From NCBI GenBank assembly GCA_026391415.1, contig JAPLEL010000098.1, forward strand, positions 1,162 through 65,161: a stretch of DNA of 64,000 nt, read 5' to 3'. Source of the DNA: Bacteroidota bacterium (GTDB taxonomy: Bacteria; Bacteroidota; Bacteroidia; Chitinophagales; Chitinophagaceae). Positions 26,857 to 36,440 of the stretch are shown here, one piece after another. The position numbers and the translations under genes were made by a program. The notes under the pieces are model-generated. The model searched no databases, was not told the DNA's origin, and saw only the letters and a program-made list of their open reading frames with translations. Numbering within the stretch: the stretch's first letter is position 1; each line of letters begins with the position of its first letter.

Positions 26857-28536
26857 TCATCGTCCGATAACTAAAATTTTTTCACTAAATTCTTCTTTTG
26901 AAATGGCAAGTTTATTTTTAATCTTAATTTTATAGTTATACACCGTTTGAGGGGAGTAGTGCAAAAGCTCAGCTATTCTGGCACTATCATTAATTCCTAA
27001 TCGAATTAGTGCATAAATTCTAAGTTCAGGGGTTAAAATATCTTTTTCTTTAGGATAGATACGTTCGTTTTCAATAAGCATTTCATTAAACTCTTCTATA
27101 AAAGTTGGAAAAATACTCAAAAAAATGGCATCGAAATTCTGAAAAAATTCTTTTAGTTCATTATTAAGTGAATTCTCAAGTGATAATATTCTGATTGCTT
27201 CATCAGTTCGTTGGGTTTTTAACATTCGTTGAAGCCCTAAACGATAGTCGTCAAATTTTCGAATATATAGGGAGTACATTCTGAATACATATGCTATATA
27301 TGCTTCTTTTACATGTTCTGATTCAGAAATTTTATTATTAAGAATTAATAACTGGTTATTCATTGAATTCAATTCCGAGTTTTTTGTTTTCAAAAAACTT
27401 TCGGCTTTAAAAACTTTTTTAAATTGAACATAAATTAAATAGATGGTAATTAGTAAAACAATTACTAATAAAGAAATTATCCATAAATATCGTGTTAGCT
27501 TTTTTTGATTCTCAAGCATTTCCCTGTCGTAACTTGCTGCTATAACAGGTAAATCTTTAGAAATTTCAACCATCCGAAATCTTGCTTTAGCAAATAGAGC
27601 ATCCTCCATACCACATTTCATGTAATTGAAAGCTCTTTTAAATTCACCTTTTTGATATAAAATCAACGCAAGTTTTCTTAGGGCTATGTAGCTTTTTACA
27701 GAATTTTCAATATCCTCAATGGCGGCCATTGCAAGAAAAGTAGTTTGTTTATCTAAATTGCCTACAGCCTCGTAGGCAAGAGCTGTAGGGTAATATAATG
27801 CGGCTGAATCATTATGACTATCATTTTTTTTATACGCAGACAGTGTAGATGATAGTGCCATTTGGGGATTACCATCTTCTAAATATTTACCTGCTAAAAT
27901 AACTTTATAGCTGGTAGAAGAGGAGTCAAAAAAGCCCAGCAATGTGTCTTTTAACGAATTGATATACTGTTTATACTTAAACCCCTCCTCTTCTGAAACA
28001 GCACTATTGTAAAGCAGAAGGTAAGTAGAATGATATACATGATAATAATAGGGTAAAGCTTCCGGGGCTAATTTATCTCTTTTTATTTCCGAAAGAATTT
28101 CAAAGGTTTCTTTATACATTCCCATTTTCCCCATTACATGGGCTATACTCATATAGGCTTCGGACAATAATCCTGGAGCATTCGATTGTTGTGCTATAAT
28201 CCTCTTTTCTTTTGCAACCCGTAGTGCTCCATCTAAATTGTAATGTTCATACTCTTTAAATAATTTATCGAGAATTTTAATTTTTTTTTCTGGAAGGGGT
28301 TCTGAAGCTAATGCTAATTTCAAGCTATCTAATCTATTTTCTTTTTGTGTGCTAAATTCGATTTTTTTCGAAATAGCTACATCTAGTTTCTTAATTAAGT
28401 TTTCAAAGTTTCGTTGACCAAATAAATTAAATGAACTAGCTAAAATTCCTATTGTTATAAAAAATAGACGTTTGTTCACTGGCCTTATCCCTATTAAATT
28501 AAAATCCATAAAAGTATCAGAGTTTTGGCCTATCAC
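26857..28536 (-). CDS. DUF6377-type PUL regulator (TPR-like sensor region, one TM, C-terminal LuxR-like HTH)
   Basis: Mid-protein transmembrane segment (YLWIISLLVIVLLITIYLIYV) and a C-terminal HTH (LTPELRIYALIRLGINDSARIAELLHYSPQTVYNYK). The start may be the ATG at 28509. Confidence 0.7.
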   Translation of the reverse strand: MIGQNSDTFMDFNLIGIRPVNKRLFFITIGILASSFNLFGQRNFENLIKKLDVAISKKIEFSTQKENRLDSLKLALASEPLPEKKIKILDKLFKEYEHYNLDGALRVAKEKRIIAQQSNAPGLLSEAYMSIAHVMGKMGMYKETFEILSEIKRDKLAPEALPYYYHVYHSTYLLLYNSAVSEEEGFKYKQYINSLKDTLLGFFDSSSTSYKVILAGKYLEDGNPQMALSSTLSAYKKNDSHNDSAALYYPTALAYEAVGNLDKQTTFLAMAAIEDIENSVKSYIALRKLALILYQKGEFKRAFNYMKCGMEDALFAKARFRMVEISKDLPVIAASYDREMLENQKKLTRYLWIISLLVIVLLITIYLIYVQFKKVFKAESFLKTKNSELNSMNNQLLILNNKISESEHVKEAYIAYVFRMYSLYIRKFDDYRLGLQRMLKTQRTDEAIRILSLENSLNNELKEFFQNFDAIFLSIFPTFIEEFNEMLIENERIYPKEKDILTPELRIYALIRLGINDSARIAELLHYSPQTVYNYKIKIKNKLAISKEEFSEKILVIGR

Positions 28537-28714
28537 CTTAAATAGGTCGCATAAATCTATAACTTATTAAATTAAAGTAACAGTTTTAAAACAGCTTACT
28601 TGGCAATTGGTAAAAATTCAGATACCTACTTTTTTGTATCGTGGTGTCCTTATTTGAAAATTTAAGGCGTATTAATAACGATAATGCTTAGCATAATACG
28701 TAAAGGCAACTAGA

Positions 28715-30025
28715 TTAATTTACCCCAAGTGCAGTTACTGCATTATTAATAAATGACGAATAATAACTAGACACATCTTCCCAGCGGTAAAAAGGCCAAA
28801 TATTTGAATAAACTTCCGGAATACGAACCTCTTTTTCGTTATAAACAAACTTTGCCAATATTTCTTTTGACTTCTTATTTCTAAAAAAAATAATTTGCAA
28901 ATTAGCTGCCATTGGAGCTACTTCAAAATCTCTCCAATAGCGATAATAATCTAAAGGATTAGTTACACTTGCATATGTATTCTCAATGTGCAAAAGCATG
29001 GCTAAAGGAATGATATTGCCATCATGACCAAATCTTATTGAAGAGCCATGTCTGTTAGTTTTAATGGCAGAGTCTGCCTTGTTTATAATGTCCTGTAAAA
29101 GGGGTTTGGCATTATCCATCATAATTCCTTTATTTACCGCTGCATTAGAATATTGAACATACAAACTATAATTTTTGCATTGCCATAAATTAAAAAGTTC
29201 TTCTTTTTCGAACAAATCAAATAGCGAAATATTCAATTCCGTATTTTGCAGGTTACCTGCAATACTAAATAAATCGAACATAAACTCTGTAGCATTTAGG
29301 CTGTCTGGTAATTGACTGAAATTTATGAATAGTGATTTCAACAGCCTTTCAGGCTTAACATGTTCTTGTACAAATTGGTTATATTCTTTCCGCCAAGTAT
29401 CTTGTGAGTACCTAAAATCAACTGCTTTTTTTGTGTGATGATTTAGATATTGCATATGACTTTCATGAGCATTTGGATTAATGATTAAACTTTTGTTGTT
29501 CTGTTGAAGTTGACTACAAAAAATATTCATACTTTTTACACATCGCCCTACAGTGGTAGACACAGCAGTAATATTGGCTCCATCAGAAAAAACCTGGGGG
29601 TAATTTTTATACATCCGCTGTGCTATATTTTTTATTTGAGAGATACCTAGCGGCGTTAGCTGACCTGCTTTACCATTTACTGAATCACATATCTTTTCAA
29701 TGCGTTTTAGGGCTCCTTTGCCCAAACTTGTAAGATTATTACTATCCTTAGCACTCTTAAATAATTTCAGCACATTAAAATATTCATCCTCACTAGTCAA
29801 ATATCTTGAGCCATGACGGCCAAAATGGCTGATGTAAAAAGGATGATAGCCTTTGGGTGCAGGAGTAACCTTATTTGCATGGTATGGGTAGGCAAAGTTC
29901 ACTCCTCCGAATTTTTCCGGAGAAGTGAATATTTCCTCTTTAGTAGTTTGTGCCTTTGAAACATTTTGCACTGCAACCAAAATCCAGCATAATATTATGG
30001 ACTTAAATAAGAAATTTAATTTCAT
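28715..30025 (-). CDS. secreted histidine phosphatase, branch 2 (histidine acid phosphatase-like)
   Basis: Signal peptide, the RHGSRY catalytic motif (HFGRHGSRYL) and a downstream GHD motif (RFGHDGNIIPL). Confidence 0.8.
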   Translation of the reverse strand: MKLNFLFKSIILCWILVAVQNVSKAQTTKEEIFTSPEKFGGVNFAYPYHANKVTPAPKGYHPFYISHFGRHGSRYLTSEDEYFNVLKLFKSAKDSNNLTSLGKGALKRIEKICDSVNGKAGQLTPLGISQIKNIAQRMYKNYPQVFSDGANITAVSTTVGRCVKSMNIFCSQLQQNNKSLIINPNAHESHMQYLNHHTKKAVDFRYSQDTWRKEYNQFVQEHVKPERLLKSLFINFSQLPDSLNATEFMFDLFSIAGNLQNTELNISLFDLFEKEELFNLWQCKNYSLYVQYSNAAVNKGIMMDNAKPLLQDIINKADSAIKTNRHGSSIRFGHDGNIIPLAMLLHIENTYASVTNPLDYYRYWRDFEVAPMAANLQIIFFRNKKSKEILAKFVYNEKEVRIPEVYSNIWPFYRWEDVSSYYSSFINNAVTALGVN

Positions 30026-30073
30026 GAAAAATGAAGTTTTAAATTAAAAGGCATACTTACTCTATAACGTTAT

Positions 30074-31759
30074 TTATCTGAAATTTGGATTTTGTTGCAA
30101 ATTTGGATTAACAGTAAACTCGTCTTGTGGAATAGGGTATAACTTAAACTTATCATCAACATCCCTACCTATAAAGTTATTGGCTGTGCCATCGCTTCCC
30201 TTCCAGTCCCAGTTGTAATTTTTTGTGTATTTGTTAAATCTAATCAGGTCTGGTCTTCTTACACATTCAGTGTATAATTCTCTTGACCGTTCGTCTAAAA
30301 TAAAATCCAACGTAAGTTGTGCATCGGTTATTCTACCACTAGTTGCACTTCCAAAACTACCCGATAGATAAGCCCTGTCCCTTATTTCATTAACATAACC
30401 CAATGCTTCAAGCCGTGTGCCTCCACCAGCTCTCAATATTGCCTCTGCTGCCATAAGGTAAGCGTCTGCTGTTCTAAACATTGGGTAGTCAACATAACTG
30501 TATGTACTACCACCTACGGCCACATCCTGCCTGTTTTTATATACATTACGCCATTTTATAGTGGCGTAGCCATTCATAAAATCGTTTTGAAATGCAGTAT
30601 TTGGCCTCCAGGTTTCTTTGGTATGGCCGTTAGTAAAAAATTGTGCTCTTTTATCTTTTTTTGTATCGCCCCATGTATCTGTTGTAATAAACAATTGGTC
30701 GGCGGCATCAAATTTGTTTACCAAATTTGTTTTTACTCTTGCATTGCCAAATCCTCTTGCACCAATACCTGTTGTATAGAAGTTGCTCATCCTGCCATTA
30801 ATTAGTGCTTTTATTAACCAACTGGTACCTGCACTATTAATTGTAAATTCTCCGTCTTGTGGCAGAGGCCAAATGATTTCTTTACATGTATGATTATCTG
30901 CTAAAAAAATATGTCTGTAATCTGATGCTAATGGGTATTGGCCATTATTTATTACCATCTTCGAATAATCATATGCTTTTTGGTATTCATTTTTACCAAC
31001 CATTGCTTCGGCATTCAGGTATATTCTTGATAACAAAAACCAGGCAGCAACTTGGTCAACCCGTCCATAAACATTGGCTCCCGGAGCTTTCATTTTAGTT
31101 TTAATATCTTCCAATTCGCTAACTGAGTAATTATAAATTTCTTCCCGGGTTCTCTGCTGCGGTATAGTGCCTACTGGCATGGTTTCATCAATAAAAGGCC
31201 CTGAGCCAAATAAATCGCAAACCATACTATAGCAGTAGCTACGAATAAACCTGGCTTCGGCTCTATAGAATCCTACATTGCCTTGCATTTTATCAAACAA
31301 ACCCCTGCTTCTCAACTTTTCATCAGAAGCCTCCCTTAAGAACTCATTGCAATAAGCAATAGTCATATAAAGCCTGTAATAAGAGTATTTAATTATAACG
31401 GTTGAAGGGTTCCAATTCATAAACAAAAAATCTCTTGAACCTTGTGAGCTTCCTGCATGCAAAGCAATCTCGTCTGTAGCACATTCCTGTAGATAAAATA
31501 TTGCCCTTGTATAGCCGCTATAACCTACATCAAGTCCACCAAGGTCTCCATCTCTGTCCGGGCCATCTTGTCCGTTTAAAATTAGGGAGCCGTATATTTT
31601 TCCCAATACACTCTTATACCCTTCTTCCGTTTTATAAATTTGCTCTGCTTTAAGTACCCTTTCGTTGAGGGGTACTGTATCAAGGTCTTTTACACAGGAA
31701 GTAATTATCGTTGTAAAAAAAACGAAATAGCAAAAGCGAATTATTAATTTATGTTTCAT
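30074..31759 (-). CDS. susD: SusD/RagB family nutrient-binding outer-membrane lipoprotein
   Basis: Lipoprotein signal with Cys (IITSCVKD) and SusD-like length and composition. It lies directly downstream of a SusC-type gene. Confidence 0.9.
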   Translation of the reverse strand: MKHKLIIRFCYFVFFTTIITSCVKDLDTVPLNERVLKAEQIYKTEEGYKSVLGKIYGSLILNGQDGPDRDGDLGGLDVGYSGYTRAIFYLQECATDEIALHAGSSQGSRDFLFMNWNPSTVIIKYSYYRLYMTIAYCNEFLREASDEKLRSRGLFDKMQGNVGFYRAEARFIRSYCYSMVCDLFGSGPFIDETMPVGTIPQQRTREEIYNYSVSELEDIKTKMKAPGANVYGRVDQVAAWFLLSRIYLNAEAMVGKNEYQKAYDYSKMVINNGQYPLASDYRHIFLADNHTCKEIIWPLPQDGEFTINSAGTSWLIKALINGRMSNFYTTGIGARGFGNARVKTNLVNKFDAADQLFITTDTWGDTKKDKRAQFFTNGHTKETWRPNTAFQNDFMNGYATIKWRNVYKNRQDVAVGGSTYSYVDYPMFRTADAYLMAAEAILRAGGGTRLEALGYVNEIRDRAYLSGSFGSATSGRITDAQLTLDFILDERSRELYTECVRRPDLIRFNKYTKNYNWDWKGSDGTANNFIGRDVDDKFKLYPIPQDEFTVNPNLQQNPNFR

Positions 31760-31778
31760 AATAATGACAAGTTTAGAT

Positions 31779-34733
31779 TTAAAAATTAACGTTAGCGGTA
31801 AAAGTCATAATCCTGGGACGTTGATAAATATTATCATCAAGGCCACGGGAAATTTCTGGGTCAACACCAGAATATTTTGTAATCAACAGCATATTTTGTG
31901 CACTTACAGATAACCTTAGTCTGCTTGTTTCACTCCATAACTTCTTCATGGTGTACCCAAGAGTAATATTATCAAATCTGAAAAATGCACCACTTTCCAG
32001 AAAAATATCCGAAAAATATCTTTCCATTGCAAAGCCCCGATTTAAGGCATCTCTTGAAATATTGCCGGAAGTTCCTTGGGCACTGTATAATGACATCAGC
32101 GTTTGCCCGGCTTGTTGGTGGTTAAAAACATAGTTTCCAAAACTACCATGCCCATTAATACCGAAATCCCATGCTTTATAAGTTAACCTTGTACTAAGGC
32201 CATAATAATAGGGAACCAGAGAGCTTTTTCCGGTAATGTGTTTGTTGCCATCTTGTTCACTGGTAGTGAGAACGCCTTTTCTATCAATGTAACTTCCCTC
32301 TATGGGCTTGCCATTATTATCATAAGCTTGTTTCAATAAGAAAAATGTATTAGGTGTATTACCTACTTTATGAATTTGAAAATCACGGCGGCTGATAGTA
32401 CCAGTTTTTACAAAATTGTCATCTGTGTCAATTGTATTAAGCTTGGTAATAGTTGCATTGTTATAGGTAAAGTTTGCATTAACAAGCCACTCTATATTTT
32501 TCTTTTTTATTGGTGTACCGCCTAAGGCCAGTTCTATCCCATTGCCTTTCATACTGCCAATGTTAGTTTCAATGATATTGGTAAAATTGCTACCAGCAGG
32601 AACGGCAATTCTATTTAAGAGGTCGGTAGTAGTACGCCAATACACATCTAAACCACCAAACAATCTATTTTTAAAAAGACCGTAGTCAATACCAATATTA
32701 TAAGTACTTGTAGTTTCCCATTTTATATTGGGGTCGTAACCATTTGGCCTGGCAATGTTAAACCAACCATTGTCAAACAAATATTGTTGTGCGTTGGTTG
32801 AAATAGTATAGGTAGATAGTGCAGGGTGATAACCACCAATATCTTGCTGGCCAGTTTTGCCATAGCTGGCTCTCAATTTTAAATCGGATATTACTTTTAG
32901 CTTTTTAATAAAGGATTCCTCTGATAACTTGTACGCTACTGCACCTGAAGGAAAATAACCCCAACGATTATCTTTTGTAAAACGGGATGACCCATCTGCC
33001 CGTAAGGTTCCTGTTATTAATATTTTTTGCCCTAAGGAGTAGTTTATACGGCCAAAAAACGAAAGTAAATACAATGCATCTTTATCTGGTACTGACGCAT
33101 CTACAACATCTCTAATTATACTTTTAGGGGTATTATTATACCAAAATCGTTGCCACTCATATCCTGCCATTGCATCAATAAGATGTTTGCTACCAATTTT
33201 CTTAGTGTAATTTGCATAAGCAGTAAAAATGTAATTGGTATTCTTGTTTTCTTCTTGAAGTGTACGCCCCCTTCCGTCGTTTCTAACTCCTGTATAAGTT
33301 GCAGGTGCTTTGTCAGGAATGATTTCAGAAAAATTGCGGTTTCTAATGTCGTAACCGAAGTTAATATTAAACCTTAGTGCTTCAAAGCCATGAACTTTAT
33401 AGTCTAAAGCCACATTACCCAAAGCTCTGGCTTCCTTATTTAATCTATTTGTAAGCAAAAGCTCGGCAACAGGATTACTAGGTGCTAAAGAGATAGGATT
33501 ACCACCATTCCGCCATACAAAGTAACCTAACCCAACATCATTAGGTAGAGTTTCATTGACTGGACGAGTAGGGTCAAAGGATATAGCACTGCCTATAACA
33601 CCAGTAGAAACCGGTCTTTCATTTTCCCACATACCTTTAATATTAAAATCAACTGATAAATGTCTATCAAGAAACTTGGGAGAAAGTCCAATACTTACAT
33701 TACTTCTTTGGTAATTGTTTTCTTTTAGAATACCATTTTGGTTGGTATAACCTATTGATAAACGATAGGGTAATTTACCGGGATTTCCATTTACCGAAAT
33801 GTTATGGTCTGTTCCTATACTCGTTCTGTAAATTTCGTTTTGCCAATCTGTTGAAGCAGACCCCAATTGAAAGGTGATTGGTGCATTAGCCTTATCTCTA
33901 AATACTGTACGGTACTCATCGGCAGATAATACATCGTAGTAACTATACGGCTTATTTATCATGAAATTAGTTGTATAGCTAACTTGCGGCTTAGTTTTAC
34001 CCGACGTACCTTTTTTGGTAGTAATGATAACAACACCGTTTGAAGCCCGAGACCCGTAAATAGCAGTGGCAGAGGCATCTTTAAGCACTGTAAAAGACTC
34101 AATATCGTTAGGATTAATTGTACTTAAAGGGGCACTTCCAGCAATTGGTACACCATCAATTACAATCAGTGGGTCGTTTGATGCAGAAAGTGATGCACCC
34201 ATACGTATCCTAATAATGCCTTCGCTACCGGGTGCACCCGTTCCAGGCACCACATTTACTCCTGCAACTTTACCAACTAATGCATCCTGAGCAGTAAGAA
34301 CCATACCTTTATTTAAAGGGTCAAGCTTTATAGTGGTAACGGCACCAGTAACATCACTTTTTTTGGTCTGCCCATAGCCAATTACAACAACCTCATTCAA
34401 CTGTTCGCTTTTAGGCTCCATTGTAATATTAAGGTAGGCTTGATTGGCTTGAACTTCAACGGGGGAATAACCTACATTTGTAACTATCAAAATACTATTT
34501 GATGGTAAACTGATTTTGAAACTCCCGTCAGAATCAGTAGTTGTTTTTTCTAATTTCCCTTTTACACTTACATTTGCCCCGGCAATTGGGAGTCCGGAAG
34601 TTTTGTCGCTAACCTTACCCTTTACCTGTACAACATCTTGGGCAAAAATGATTGTAAAGAAAAATAACTGAGAGAGAGCCATTAGTAGCAGGCTTTTGCT
34701 CATTTTACACTTGAAGCAATTCGTTTTAATCAT
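31779..34733 (-). CDS. susC: SusC/RagA family TonB-dependent receptor
   Basis: N-terminal carboxypeptidase-regulatory-like domain (VKGKVSDKTSGLPIAGANVSVKG), a plug region and a barrel ending in NVNF. The likely true start is the ATG at 34703 (MSKSLLLMAL...). Confidence 0.92.
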   Translation of the reverse strand: MIKTNCFKCKMSKSLLLMALSQLFFFTIIFAQDVVQVKGKVSDKTSGLPIAGANVSVKGKLEKTTTDSDGSFKISLPSNSILIVTNVGYSPVEVQANQAYLNITMEPKSEQLNEVVVIGYGQTKKSDVTGAVTTIKLDPLNKGMVLTAQDALVGKVAGVNVVPGTGAPGSEGIIRIRMGASLSASNDPLIVIDGVPIAGSAPLSTINPNDIESFTVLKDASATAIYGSRASNGVVIITTKKGTSGKTKPQVSYTTNFMINKPYSYYDVLSADEYRTVFRDKANAPITFQLGSASTDWQNEIYRTSIGTDHNISVNGNPGKLPYRLSIGYTNQNGILKENNYQRSNVSIGLSPKFLDRHLSVDFNIKGMWENERPVSTGVIGSAISFDPTRPVNETLPNDVGLGYFVWRNGGNPISLAPSNPVAELLLTNRLNKEARALGNVALDYKVHGFEALRFNINFGYDIRNRNFSEIIPDKAPATYTGVRNDGRGRTLQEENKNTNYIFTAYANYTKKIGSKHLIDAMAGYEWQRFWYNNTPKSIIRDVVDASVPDKDALYLLSFFGRINYSLGQKILITGTLRADGSSRFTKDNRWGYFPSGAVAYKLSEESFIKKLKVISDLKLRASYGKTGQQDIGGYHPALSTYTISTNAQQYLFDNGWFNIARPNGYDPNIKWETTSTYNIGIDYGLFKNRLFGGLDVYWRTTTDLLNRIAVPAGSNFTNIIETNIGSMKGNGIELALGGTPIKKKNIEWLVNANFTYNNATITKLNTIDTDDNFVKTGTISRRDFQIHKVGNTPNTFFLLKQAYDNNGKPIEGSYIDRKGVLTTSEQDGNKHITGKSSLVPYYYGLSTRLTYKAWDFGINGHGSFGNYVFNHQQAGQTLMSLYSAQGTSGNISRDALNRGFAMERYFSDIFLESGAFFRFDNITLGYTMKKLWSETSRLRLSVSAQNMLLITKYSGVDPEISRGLDDNIYQRPRIMTFTANVNF

Positions 34734-35319
34734 AATCCATAGTTTTTGGTTGAAGCATATTTGTAAACCGTGAAGTTATTTTATATGTAACCCCTTTAGA
34801 ACTGTGGTAGAAGTATAAAGTAGGCGTTTATTGCTGATTTAAAATTTTAAGTATTTGATTTTCAATAAATTGCTTTTACAGCATTTCAACCAAAAAGTAT
34901 ATTACTACTAGTGTTTAGGTATATAAACACTGCACCTTTAGCCCAGGCATCAATTAGAATTTTTCCAATTTGTTGCAAGAAATTTGCTTAGTGAACTATG
35001 CTCATACTTTATTCTGCGTAAAACTGGTTTAACCGGCTACCGCAGCGGCTCTATTTTTTATACTGTACTAATTCGGTTGCTTCCCTGCCACGATACTTGG
35101 TTTTTGGTTGTTGAAAGTAGCTCCGCCGATTCCCTCATCAGGGTTTATTTTTTTGCCGAGGCCTGGTCTTAAGATATACTGTTGAATAGTCGAACAAATG
35201 ATAATCGATAATCGTCCGCTGGGTGGTGGGTGGGCTCGGTGTCGAGTAAAGATATATTGCTGAAGTGATTTTTAATGATGATAGATATTCGTCCGCCGGG
35301 GTGGGTGGGCAGTGCGTTG

Positions 35320-35391
35320 GCATTTTTAGCTCTTTGCAAGGTTGGCTTTTGTGTGTCGGCTTTGTGTGCCTTGCAATGTGCTAAAAATAGC
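35320..35391. other. conserved structured element, copy B (extended hairpin; RNA or ssDNA)
   Basis: Outer stem GCATTTTTAGC/GCTAAAAATAGC has a different sequence from copy A but keeps pairing and a bulge. Inner stem TTGCAAGG/CCTTGCAA; apical loop TTGGCTTTTGTGTGTCGGCTTTGTGTG. Confidence 0.5.
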
Positions 35392-35573
35392 TTGGGGTCG
35401 GGTCGGCAAAGTCATGCGAACTTGAATTTGAGTAGGATGCTGTTTAGGGTGACGTACAACTAGTATATACCAGCCATAAAACCACCCCAACCCACCCAAA
35501 TATAAAGCGCTTGGTGCTACTTTATGGCGATTATTTATTTATATAATTATTATGTAATGTATGATTTTAAATA

Positions 35574-36440
35574 CTATAAATCATCAAAGGGGCTTTTAAT
35601 ATTCTGTAAATGATTCGTGCTTACATGGGTGTATATTTCGGTGGTTTTGCTGCTACTGTGGCCTAATAATTCTTGTATATATCGTAAATCGGTTCCGCTT
35701 TCTAATAAATGTGTTGCATAACTATGTCTTAGCCAATGGAGGCTAACTGGTTTTTGAATATTCGCTTTTTCTACAGCTTGCTTTAATACGTTGGCTAAGC
35801 TTCTTTCATCGTAAGGTTCGTTGCCCCTTTGCCCCTCAAACAGCCAAGTAACAGGCTTGTATCCAATATAATAAGTTCGTAATAGGGCTAACACTTTTTG
35901 CGACAAGGGTACTATTCTATCTTTCTTGCCTTTTGCTTGCCTAATAATAATAATGTTTCTTTTTGAGTCTATATCTGCCGGCTTTAAATTTATTAATTCA
36001 TTTCTCCTTAATCCACAGCTATAAATTACCGAAAGCATTGTTTTGTGTTTTATATTACTATGCGCTTCTAATATTTTTTTAATTTCATCTTTACTTAATA
36101 CATTCGGCAATAACTTCTCGCGCCTTGGTCTATGAATTTTATCAATTACAATTTCTATATTTTGTAGTGTGTTAAAATATAATTTAATAGCATTTACTAC
36201 TTGGTTTTGAAACGATGTAGACAGATTTTTTTTAAGAATGTAATGCGTATTATAATTTATTACGTCTTGGTTGGTTAGCGTACTTACTGGCTTATCATTA
36301 AAATACACTAAAAACGATTTTAAGGCTTCTGTATATGTTTTAATGGTACTGGGGCTATACCGTCTAGATTGCAACCATTCTTTAAACGCTTGCAGGTGCT
36401 CGCTGGCTTGTTCTGATATTATTTGTGTGTCTTTTTTCAT
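35574..36440 (-). CDS. tyrosine-type site-specific recombinase (XerC/D-sized, no IntI-specific insertion)
   Basis: SAM-like N-domain (YSPSTIKTYTEALKSFLVYF). Catalytic residues are in context: CGLRRNEL (Arg), HWLRHSYATH (His-x-x-Arg) and LGHSSSKTTEIYTHV (His, Tyr). Confidence 0.9.
   Translation of the reverse strand: MKKDTQIISEQASEHLQAFKEWLQSRRYSPSTIKTYTEALKSFLVYFNDKPVSTLTNQDVINYNTHYILKKNLSTSFQNQVVNAIKLYFNTLQNIEIVIDKIHRPRREKLLPNVLSKDEIKKILEAHSNIKHKTMLSVIYSCGLRRNELINLKPADIDSKRNIIIIRQAKGKKDRIVPLSQKVLALLRTYYIGYKPVTWLFEGQRGNEPYDERSLANVLKQAVEKANIQKPVSLHWLRHSYATHLLESGTDLRYIQELLGHSSSKTTEIYTHVSTNHLQNIKSPFDDL

Noticed and set aside
35275-35463. 62-aa ORF covering hairpin copy B
   Set aside because: Same argument as for 26490..26738. 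There is also no plausible start context, and the ORF spans G-rich repeats.
35574-36440. Calling the recombinase a canonical integron integrase (IntI)
   Set aside because: The protein is 288 aa, and the interval where IntI proteins carry their family-specific insertion is short here. Only a generic tyrosine recombinase call is supported without an HMM search.
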